Below are positions 26,285 to 33,475 of a stretch of 39,845 nucleotides of DNA, piece after piece. Positions within the stretch are counted from its first letter, which is position 1. Each line of letters opens with the position of its first letter. The notes under the pieces were generated by a model, which made no database searches, was not told the DNA's origin, and saw only the letters and a list, made by a program, of their open reading frames with translations. The position numbers and the translations under genes are program-made. Origin of the DNA: Escherichia phage vB_EcoP-101120B1-2; sequence record MZ234022.1; one strand, written 5' to 3'.

Positions 26285-27147
26285 GCGAAAAGAAAATAGC
26301 TCTGGTGCTAGACGGTGACTACTTAGTGTTCTCTTCTATGGCTGCTGCCGAGGACGAGACAGACTGGGGTGATGGCATATGGACCCTTATCTGCGACCAT
26401 GAGAAGGCTCGTCGTATCCTTGAGAACACCATCGCTGAAATCGTTAAGAAGCGTAAGGCGTGGAAAGACGCTAAGATTGTGATGTGCTTTACTGACGATA
26501 ACAACTGGCGTAAGGACGTGCTACCTACCTATAAGGCCAATCGTAAAGGTTCCCGCAAGCCTGTAGGTTACAAGAAGTTCGTAGCCGAAGTGATGGCTGA
26601 CCCACGGTTCAACAGCTTCCTGCGTCCTACGCTTGAAGGTGATGACTGTATGGGCATCATCGGGACCAGACCTCAGATTGTCGGCTGTGACCATGCGGTT
26701 CTGGTATCCTGCGATAAGGACTTCAAGACCATCCCGAACTGTGAGTTCTTCTGGTTAACCACTGGTGAAATCCTGAGTCATACGACTGCTGAGGCAGACT
26801 ACTGGCACATGGAGCAAACCATCAAGGGTGACACTACAGATGGATACGGTGGCATTCCGGGGATGGGTGAGGACACCACTCGTGCGTTCCTTGACGAGCC
26901 GTACTACTTCGTGCAGGAGAGCCGTGAGCTTAAGACTGGTAAGAACAAAGGCCAGATTAAGACTGAGTGGAAGAAGTATCCAAAGCGTGAAGACATGACG
27001 CTGTGGGACTGCATGGTGACTCTGGCTGCTAAAGCGGGGATGACCGAGGAGGAACTTCTGGTCCAAGCTCAGGTAGCTCGTATTTGTCGAGCCTCTGACT
27101 ACGACCCTAAGTCAAAGGAGGTCATCCTGTGGACACCATCCATGTAA
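26275..27147 (+). CDS. 5'-3' exonuclease (gp6 homolog); start ambiguous (ATG 26275 or GTG 26281)
   Basis: LDGDYLVF, FTDDNNWRK, YKANRK, KPVGY, LEGDDCMGIIG, SCDKDFKTIPNC, TIKGDTTDGYGGIPG, GKNKGQ, LWDC, AKAGMTEEEL match T7 gp6. SD GGAGGA precedes both candidate starts. Confidence 0.93.
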   Translation: MPVSEKKIALVLDGDYLVFSSMAAAEDETDWGDGIWTLICDHEKARRILENTIAEIVKKRKAWKDAKIVMCFTDDNNWRKDVLPTYKANRKGSRKPVGYKKFVAEVMADPRFNSFLRPTLEGDDCMGIIGTRPQIVGCDHAVLVSCDKDFKTIPNCEFFWLTTGEILSHTTAEADYWHMEQTIKGDTTDGYGGIPGMGEDTTRAFLDEPYYFVQESRELKTGKNKGQIKTEWKKYPKREDMTLWDCMVTLAAKAGMTEEELLVQAQVARICRASDYDPKSKEVILWTPSM

Positions 27148-27273
27148 TTTACTGGGCCGGACTTCTGGCCCTTTACTGCATGTACAAGTGGTTCGGGTCG
27201 AACAACCGCCCTAAACACTGAGTCTAACCGATAGTCATATCCTATCAATCCAACAGTCATCCATAGGTGAAAT

Positions 27274-27296
27274 ACTAAACTATCACTATAGGGACT
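27274..27296 (+). promoter_or_regulatory. Phage RNA polymerase promoter (phi6.5 position), CTAAACTATCACTATAGGGACTT
   Basis: Core motif, intergenic. Confidence 0.75.
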
Positions 27297-27357
27297 TTAG
27301 GACCTAAGATATGACTATAAGATAGACTTTAGTCTTAACTTAAAGAGGAGATTCAAG

Positions 27358-27630
27358 ATGGCGATTAATGCTATTGAAAACGTTGTTAAGCAGTTACAGG
27401 AAGAAAGACTTGATGTCCCTAACATCTCCCAGTCTGCCATCCAGTTCCTGCACGTACTGTTCAACGCAAGCTACGCTGAGAAGATGGGAGCTATCAGTCT
27501 CCTCAAGCAGCAGGGCTACAGCGATGCGTTCATTGCTGGGTTCATCAAGGGTCTCCAGTATTGTTCTGACACTCTCGACTCTGCGATTGCTATGCGTCGT
27601 GAGCTGAAAGATACCGTTCAGTTCGATTAA
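27358..27630 (+). CDS. Hypothetical protein (90 aa), gp6.5-like by position
   Basis: SD AGAGGAG upstream of ATG; first gene after the promoter at 27291. Confidence 0.5.
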   Translation: MAINAIENVVKQLQEERLDVPNISQSAIQFLHVLFNASYAEKMGAISLLKQQGYSDAFIAGFIKGLQYCSDTLDSAIAMRRELKDTVQFD

Positions 27631-27644
27631 CTGTAGGAGGGACT

Positions 27645-27869
27645 ATGTGTTTCAGTCCAAAGATTAGCACTCCGAAGCCTTCGGTCCAAGCACCTGAACC
27701 AGCACCTCTGAGTGAGGAAGTTGCGTCAGTTGACATCGGGGCTGAATCGGATGTGGACACCAACGAGACCAAAGGTATCAAAGACCTGAAGGTCAAGAAG
27801 GAGTCTGCACCTAAAGATAAATCGTCAGTGAGTCGCGCCATGCGAGCCTCTGGCGTAAACATGGGGTAA
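27645..27869 (+). CDS. gp6.7 homolog (small virion protein)
   Basis: N-terminus MCFSPKI and APEPAPL match T7 gp6.7; SD AGGAGGG. Confidence 0.8.
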   Translation: MCFSPKISTPKPSVQAPEPAPLSEEVASVDIGAESDVDTNETKGIKDLKVKKESAPKDKSSVSRAMRASGVNMG

Positions 27870-27873
27870 GACA

Positions 27874-28278
27874 ATGCTACCATATCTCAACTCACGCGAA
27901 GGTCGCCACATGTGCGCCTGTCGCCTCTGGGAAGACGGGCAGTATAACTTCAAGTCATTCGAGGACTTCAAGGCTCATACTTACCGTATGGCTGACGAGT
28001 TCGAAGGTGAAGAGTACACAATCTACGATGTCTCAGGTCAACCAGTAGCGTATCTCTACATGCTGGCTACCGCATCTTGGCACCGACCGACTCCCGGTCT
28101 TGACCTTTCAATCGTCGCTATTCGTAGTGACTCTCAGTCCTCCCGCAAGGTTCTTGAGACTGTCAGGCACATCATAAACGAAGAATGCAAGCGTTGGGGT
28201 CTTGGCTGGTATTCTCGTGTCAAGCATGTTTCCGGGTCGGTAGACATCGTAACAACTAAGGAGATTAACCGTGGGTAA
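27874..28278 (+). CDS. gp7-like protein by position and size (134 aa); alternative start at ATG 27910
   Basis: ORF from the track; weak SD at 27874, better-spaced GAAGG before 27910. Confidence 0.55.
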   Translation: MLPYLNSREGRHMCACRLWEDGQYNFKSFEDFKAHTYRMADEFEGEEYTIYDVSGQPVAYLYMLATASWHRPTPGLDLSIVAIRSDSQSSRKVLETVRHIINEECKRWGLGWYSRVKHVSGSVDIVTTKEINRG

Positions 28279-28519
28279 ATCAATCAGTAAGGCTTTCAAG
28301 AAAGTGGTGAACAATGCGTTGGGGACCGTTGGTCTAGGTAAGGACGATGCGCCTAAGGTTGTTGAGGCTCAGACCCCAGCAGCACCAGTGGAAGTACCGA
28401 ACGACAAAGTGGAGGATGTGGATACTGAAACAACCGCATCTGACGAGAAGAAAGTGAAGCGTTCCGGTAAGCGTAGCCTTCAGGTCTCTCGTACCTCTGG
28501 TGGCGGTATTTCTATTTAA
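28271..28519 (+). CDS. gp7.3 homolog (tail-associated protein), GTG start
   Basis: C-terminus KRSGKRSLQVSRTSGGGISI matches T7 gp7.3 ...KKSLSVARSSGGGINI; SD AAGGAG 7 nt upstream of GTG. Confidence 0.8.
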   Translation: MGKSISKAFKKVVNNALGTVGLGKDDAPKVVEAQTPAAPVEVPNDKVEDVDTETTASDEKKVKRSGKRSLQVSRTSGGGISI

Positions 28520-28530
28520 GGAGGTGACGA

Positions 28531-30099
28531 ATGGCTGAACGTGAAGGGTTCGCTGCTGAAGGAGCCAAAGCGGTCTATGACCGACTGAAGAACGGTAGAC
28601 AGCCATATGAGACACGCGCTCAGAACTGTGCTGCTGTCACTATCCCGTCACTGTTTCCTAAGGAGTCCGACAACTCGTCTACTGAGTACACCACTCCGTG
28701 GCAATCTGTGGGTGCTCGCTGCTTGAACAACTTGGCTGCGAAGCTGATGTTGGCATTATTCCCTCAGTCACCGTGGATGCGACTTACAGTCTCCGAATAT
28801 GAGGCAAAGACCTTGAGTCAGGACTCAGAGGCGGCTGCTCGTGTTGATGAAGGGCTGGCTATGGTCGAGCGTGTGTTGATGGCTTACATGGAGACTAACA
28901 GTTTCCGTGTCCCATTATTCGAGGCGCTGAAGCAGCTTATCGTCTCAGGTAACTGCCTGCTCTACATCCCTCCTCCAGAACAAGGAACCTACAGTCCTAT
29001 GCGAATGTACCGCTTAGTGTCCTACGTTGTTCAACGTGATGCTTTCGGTAACATCTTACAGATTGTGACTCTCGACAAGGTAGCGTTTAGTGCTCTACCG
29101 GAAGACGTGAAGTCTCAACTCAACGCAGACGACTATGAGCCTGACACCGAGCTTGAAGTGTATACGCACATCTACCGTCAGGACGACGAGTATCTGCGCT
29201 ACGAGGAAGTGGAAGGCATTGAGGTGACAGGTACCGATGGTTCCTACCCGCTGACTGCATGTCCATACATCCCGGTACGAATGGTTCGACTGGATGGTGA
29301 AGACTACGGTCGTTCTTACTGCGAGGAGTATCTGGGCGACCTCAACTCGCTGGAGACGATTACAGAAGCTATCACAAAAATGGCTAAGGTAGCCTCCAAG
29401 GTGGTGGGCCTCGTTAACCCGAACGGTATCACGCAACCTAGACGTCTGAACAAGGCGGCTACAGGTGAGTTCGTGGCTGGTCGAGTTGAGGACATCAACT
29501 TCCTGCAACTGACGAAAGGTCAGGACTTTACGATTGCTAAGTCGGTGGCTGACGCTATCGAGCAACGTTTAGGCTGGGCCTTCCTTCTTAATAGTGCTGT
29601 TCAGCGTAATGCCGAGCGTGTCACTGCTGAAGAGATTCGTTATGTTGCTGGCGAACTGGAGGCGACCTTAGGTGGCGTGTACTCAGTACAGTCACAAGAG
29701 CTTCAGTTGCCTATCGTCCGTGTGCTGATGAACCAACTTCAGTCTGCTGGCATGATTCCAGACCTTCCGAAAGAAGCGGTAGAGCCTACGGTCTCCACTG
29801 GTCTGGAAGCGTTAGGTCGTGGTCAGGACTTAGAGAAGCTGACTCAGGCAGTCAACATGATGACCGGGCTACAGCCTCTACAACAGGACCCAGACATTAA
29901 CTTGCCTACACTGAAGCTGCGACTGCTGAATGCCTTAGGCATTGACACCGCTGGTCTGCTACTGACTCAGGACGAGAAGTTGCAACGCATGGCTGAACAA
30001 TCCGCTCAAGGAGCTGTGGTCAATGGTGCGTCTGCTGCTGGTGCTAACATGGGTGCTGCTGTGGGTCAGGGAGCTGGTGAGGACATGGCTCAAGCCTAA
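28531..30099 (+). CDS. Portal (head-tail connector) protein (gp8 homolog)
   Basis: 522 aa, SD AAGGAGG, at the T7 gene 8 position; acidic flexible C-terminus. Confidence 0.9.
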   Translation: MAEREGFAAEGAKAVYDRLKNGRQPYETRAQNCAAVTIPSLFPKESDNSSTEYTTPWQSVGARCLNNLAAKLMLALFPQSPWMRLTVSEYEAKTLSQDSEAAARVDEGLAMVERVLMAYMETNSFRVPLFEALKQLIVSGNCLLYIPPPEQGTYSPMRMYRLVSYVVQRDAFGNILQIVTLDKVAFSALPEDVKSQLNADDYEPDTELEVYTHIYRQDDEYLRYEEVEGIEVTGTDGSYPLTACPYIPVRMVRLDGEDYGRSYCEEYLGDLNSLETITEAITKMAKVASKVVGLVNPNGITQPRRLNKAATGEFVAGRVEDINFLQLTKGQDFTIAKSVADAIEQRLGWAFLLNSAVQRNAERVTAEEIRYVAGELEATLGGVYSVQSQELQLPIVRVLMNQLQSAGMIPDLPKEAVEPTVSTGLEALGRGQDLEKLTQAVNMMTGLQPLQQDPDINLPTLKLRLLNALGIDTAGLLLTQDEKLQRMAEQSAQGAVVNGASAAGANMGAAVGQGAGEDMAQA

Positions 30100-30117
30100 A
30101 CTATCACTATAGGAACA
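30095..30117 (+). promoter_or_regulatory. Phage RNA polymerase promoter (phi9 position), CTAAACTATCACTATAGGAACAA
   Basis: Core motif overlapping the gp8 stop. Confidence 0.75.
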
Positions 30118-30188
30118 ACGTCTGGTCTACAATTTGTAGGTTTCTAGTCCAGTTGTTCCTACCATTTCAATCAAAGGAGAATGACTCA

Positions 30189-31073
30189 ATGTCTCAATCA
30201 GTTTATGCCGAGTTCGGCGTTAGCTCTAATGCAATCACTGGTTCCGTTGAGGACCTGAACGAACACCAGAAGTCTATGCTTGAACAGGACGTAGCTGTTC
30301 GTGATGGCGATGACGCTATTACCTTCAAGCAACTGGAAGCCGAAAACGAAGAGGCGACCGAAGAAGACGAGAACGTCGAAGAGACGGAGGGTGCTGAAGA
30401 CAACGAGTCCGATGACGAAGAGTCTGAGACCGATGGTGAGCAGCCTGAGTTCATTGAACTGGGTGATGCACCGAAAGAGCTGACCGAAAGTGTCACCGCT
30501 CTGGATGAAAACGAAGCTGCATTTGACGACATGGTGTCTTCCGCTGTAGAAGCTGGCAAGGTCACTGCTGATGAAATTACCGCTATCAAGGCTGAATACG
30601 CCAAGGACGGTAAGCTGTCTGACGCATCCTACGCTAAGTTGCAGGAAGCAGGTTACACCAAGCGTTTCGTAGATTCGTTTGTCCGTGGTCAGGAAGCTCT
30701 GGCTGAACAGTATGCTGCTGGAGTGGTTCGCTACGCTGGTGGAGCTGAACAGTTTAACCGCATTCTGTCTCACCTTGAGTCAACCGACCCGTCAACTCGT
30801 GAGGCACTGGAAGCTGCTATCGTTCGTAAGGACATTTCGACTACCAAAGCTCTGCTGAATCTGGCTGGCAAGACTCTGGGTAAAGCTGTTGGTGTTAAAC
30901 CTCAGCGTACCATCACCACTCAGGCTAAACCTGTGGTCGCACCTAAGGCTCCTCAGACCGAAGCATTCAGCTCCAAGGCTGACATGATTAAGGCTATGAG
31001 TGACCCGCGATACCTTCGTGACGCTAAGTACACGATGGAAGTACGCGCTAAGGTAGCTGCCTCAAGCCTGTAG
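30189..31073 (+). CDS. Capsid assembly scaffolding protein (gp9 homolog)
   Basis: Start at ATG 30189 (MSQSVYAEFGV, cf. T7 VYASFGV) after SD AAGGAG; highly acidic N-half; C-terminal KAMSDPRY matches T7 gp9. Confidence 0.9.
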   Translation: MSQSVYAEFGVSSNAITGSVEDLNEHQKSMLEQDVAVRDGDDAITFKQLEAENEEATEEDENVEETEGAEDNESDDEESETDGEQPEFIELGDAPKELTESVTALDENEAAFDDMVSSAVEAGKVTADEITAIKAEYAKDGKLSDASYAKLQEAGYTKRFVDSFVRGQEALAEQYAAGVVRYAGGAEQFNRILSHLESTDPSTREALEAAIVRKDISTTKALLNLAGKTLGKAVGVKPQRTITTQAKPVVAPKAPQTEAFSSKADMIKAMSDPRYLRDAKYTMEVRAKVAASSL

Positions 31074-31074
31074 G

Positions 31075-31097
31075 ACTAAACTATCACTATAGGGAGA
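31075..31097 (+). promoter_or_regulatory. Phage RNA polymerase promoter (phi10 position), CTAAACTATCACTATAGGGAGAC
   Basis: Best match to a TATAGGGAGA initiating sequence, upstream of the major capsid gene. Confidence 0.8.
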
Positions 31098-31199
31098 CCA
31101 AGAGACAGACTCAAGGTTTCCCTATTACTTCAGTCCATACGGATTGGGCGTACAGTAAGTAATAAACTTTATCTTTCAATTGAATAGGAGAATTATCAT

Positions 31200-32249
31200 A
31201 TGGCAAACGTTCCGGGTCAGAAAGTTGGTACAGACCAAGGTAAAGGCAAATCTGGTTCCGACGCTCTGGCGTTGTTCCTGAAGGTCTTTGCTGGTGAAGT
31301 CCTGACCGCATTCACTCGCCGCTCTGTAACTGCTGACAAGCATATTGTCCGTACCATTCAGAACGGTAAGTCTGCTCAGTTCCCGGTCATGGGACGCACC
31401 TCTGGGGTGTATCTGGCTCCGGGTGAGCGACTGTCCGATAAGCGTAAAGGTATCAAACATACCGAGAAAGTGATTACCATTGATGGTCTGCTGACTGCCG
31501 ATGTGATGATTTTCGACATTGAAGACGCGATGAACCACTATGACGTGGCTGGCGAGTACTCCAACCAGTTGGGCGAAGCTCTGGCTATCGCTGCCGATGG
31601 TGCGGTACTGGCTGAGATGGCTATTCTGTGTAACCTACCGGCTACATCTGATGAAAACATCGCTGGTCTTGGCAAAGCGTCTGTGCTGGAAGTTGGTACT
31701 AAAGCAGACCTGAACACTCCGGCTAAGCTGGGTGAAGCAATCATCGGTCAACTGACCATTGCTCGTGCGAAGCTGACATCCAACTACGTTCCTGCTGGCG
31801 ACCGTTACTTCTACACCACGCCGGACAACTACTCTGCAATCCTCGCGGCTCTGATGCCGAACGCTGCTAACTATGCTGCGCTGATTGACCCAGAGACTGG
31901 TAACATCCGTAACGTAATGGGCTTCGTGGTTGTTGAAGTTCCACACTTGACTCAGGGTGGTGCTGGGGAAACTCGTGGTGCCGATGGTATCACTATTGCG
32001 ACTGGTCAGAAGCACGCCTTCCCAGCTACTGCTACTGGTGATGTTAAAGTTGCTCTGGACAACGTTGTGGGCCTGTTCTCTCACCGTTCTGCTGTAGGTA
32101 CTGTTAAGCTGCGTGACTTGGCGCTGGAACGTGACCGTGACGTCGATGCTCAGGGCGACCTGATTGTTGGTAAGTACGCTATGGGTCACGGTGGTCTGCG
32201 TCCAGAAGCAGCAGGCGCACTGGTTTTCACAGCGGCGTCAGCGGGTTAA
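31200..32249 (+). CDS. Major capsid protein (gp10A homolog)
   Basis: 349 aa; LALFLKVF..GEVLTAF, GKSAQFPV, HTEKVITIDGLLTADV, MNHYDV, ILAALMPNAANYAALIDPE, IRNVMGF, VVEVPHLT, HRSAVGTVKLRDLALER, KYAMGHGGLRPEAAG match T7 gp10A. Confidence 0.98.
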   Translation: MANVPGQKVGTDQGKGKSGSDALALFLKVFAGEVLTAFTRRSVTADKHIVRTIQNGKSAQFPVMGRTSGVYLAPGERLSDKRKGIKHTEKVITIDGLLTADVMIFDIEDAMNHYDVAGEYSNQLGEALAIAADGAVLAEMAILCNLPATSDENIAGLGKASVLEVGTKADLNTPAKLGEAIIGQLTIARAKLTSNYVPAGDRYFYTTPDNYSAILAALMPNAANYAALIDPETGNIRNVMGFVVVEVPHLTQGGAGETRGADGITIATGQKHAFPATATGDVKVALDNVVGLFSHRSAVGTVKLRDLALERDRDVDAQGDLIVGKYAMGHGGLRPEAAGALVFTAASAG

Positions 32250-32512
32250 CGACCTTTAAGGCCCTCTCTACAGAGGGTCCTACCTTAGAGACGTATAGTT
32301 CTACGGTGGGAACCAGCCTGAAGGTTGACTTCCCTGAGCTTTCAGATGTGACCGATTGGTCGCTGCTTGAGGTGACTACGCCTGATGGTGTTAGCTACTC
32401 CCGTAGAACCAACAGTCTCTACTTCAAGGCCACCTCTGGCGTGGAAGGTCTGGTGATTGTTGGGTATGACGGTACGCCTGTGCGTTCCTTCAACGTATCT
32501 TTCACAAACTAA
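32228..32512 (+). CDS. Minor capsid protein 10B extension: -1 frame ORF reached by programmed -1 frameshift at GGTTTTC (32222..32228); adds about 94 aa
   Basis: The -1 frame is open from 32174 to the stop at 32510-32512, overlapping the last 25 codons of gene 10. The heptamer GGTTTTC matches the T7 gene 10 frameshift site as I recall it. Tphi-like terminator follows. Confidence 0.6.
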   Translation, partial: HSGVSGLTTFKALSTEGPTLETYSSTVGTSLKVDFPELSDVTDWSLLEVTTPDGVSYSRRTNSLYFKATSGVEGLVIVGYDGTPVRSFNVSFTN

Positions 32513-32517
32513 TTGAA

Positions 32518-32557
32518 ACCCCTTGGGTGCCTTCGGGTGCTTGAGGGGTTTTTTTTG
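32518..32557 (+). terminator. Tphi-like intrinsic terminator (hairpin plus T8 run)
   Basis: AACCCCTTGGGTGCCTTCGGGTGCTTGAGGGGTTTTTTTT resembles T7 Tphi AACCCCTTGGGGCCTCTAAACGGGTCTTGAGGGGTTTTTTG. Confidence 0.8.
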
Positions 32558-32571
32558 CTTAAGGAGGGACT

Positions 32572-32661
32572 ATGTTCCTTATTTACACAGGGTTAGCACT
32601 ATTCGTCTTATTCTGGGCGTACCTGCTGCCCAGCTCACCGTCTAGCCCCTATGACCGCTAA
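32572..32661 (+). CDS. Tiny hydrophobic peptide (29 aa) between the terminator and gene 11, putative
   Basis: SD AAGGAGG 4 nt upstream of ATG; MFLIYTGLALFVLFWAYLLPSSPSSPYDR; stop overlaps the gene 11 SD. Confidence 0.25.
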   Translation: MFLIYTGLALFVLFWAYLLPSSPSSPYDR

Positions 32662-32672
32662 GGAGTAAACCT

Positions 32673-33239
32673 ATGTCTCAATACATTCCACTTAATGCTA
32701 ACGATGACTTAGATGCCATCAACGATATGTTAGCTGCTATTGGTGAACCAGCAGTCCTACAGCTTGACGAAGGTAACGCTGACGTCTCGAACGCTCAACG
32801 TATCCTGCATCGTGTTAATCGTCAGGTCCAAGCTAAAGGCTGGAACTTTAACATCAACGAAGCTGCTGTCCTGACGCCTGATGTCCAAGACAACAGGATT
32901 CGATTCCTGCCGTCTTACCTTCGGGTCATGACTGCTGGGACCACCAGCTACTACAGCAACATGGGTGGATACCTATACGACCTGTCCACTCAGTCAACCA
33001 CTTTCACCGACCCTATAACGGTAGAGCTTGTTGAGATGAAACCGTTCTCGGAGATGCCTGTGGTATTCAGGGACTACATCGTTACCAAGGCCAGCCGTGA
33101 GTTCAACGCTAAGTTCTTCGGTAGCCCAGAGTCTGAACTGTACCTTCGTGAGCAGGAATCAGAACTCTATCAGCAGGTCATGGAATACGAGATGGACACT
33201 GGTCGCTACAACATGATGTCCGACATCGGGAGGGACTAA
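32673..33239 (+). CDS. Tail tubular protein A (gp11 homolog)
   Basis: 188 aa, SD AAGGAG, at the T7 gene 11 position. Confidence 0.85.
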   Translation: MSQYIPLNANDDLDAINDMLAAIGEPAVLQLDEGNADVSNAQRILHRVNRQVQAKGWNFNINEAAVLTPDVQDNRIRFLPSYLRVMTAGTTSYYSNMGGYLYDLSTQSTTFTDPITVELVEMKPFSEMPVVFRDYIVTKASREFNAKFFGSPESELYLREQESELYQQVMEYEMDTGRYNMMSDIGRD

Positions 33240-33466
33240 TGGCTAGTCACAACCTGAAGATTCACCGCCAGCACTTTGGTCCGGTACAACTAGGTCTAAA
33301 GACAGCAGAGCTGAGACTTAACGACCGGGACTTTAAGGTTGGCGACTGGCTTATCCTGAATGAGTGGGACAACGGGTATACTGGACAACAGGTAGCACGT
33401 AAGGTTGTCCACATTGCTGACGTTGGTGACATCGCTGAGGGATACGTCCTAATGAGTATGATTTAA
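33239..33466 (+). CDS. ASCH/PUA-like small protein (DUF3850-like, 75 aa) inserted between tail tubular genes A and B
   Basis: KIHRQHFGPVQLGLKTAELRLNDRDFKVGDWLILNEWD...YTGQQVARKVVHI...EGYVLMSM fits the DUF3850 pattern as I recall it; TAATG coupling with gp11. T7 has no gene here. Confidence 0.6.
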   Translation: MASHNLKIHRQHFGPVQLGLKTAELRLNDRDFKVGDWLILNEWDNGYTGQQVARKVVHIADVGDIAEGYVLMSMI

Positions 33467-33475
33467 GGAGGGCCT

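Noticed and set aside
29095-29565. 156-aa minus-strand ORF
   Set aside because: Inside the portal gene; antisense ORFs of this size are expected by chance in a 1.5-kb gene.
30198-30773. 191-aa ORF on the minus strand (with a second 133-aa minus ORF at 30203..30604)
   Set aside because: Lies entirely inside the well-supported scaffold gene gp9 on the + strand; no RBS; the genome is otherwise strictly unidirectional. Likely a chance ORF in compositionally biased acidic-repeat sequence.
31635-32189. 184-aa ORF on the minus strand
   Set aside because: Embedded antisense in the major capsid gene, whose translation matches T7 gp10 along its length; no RBS.
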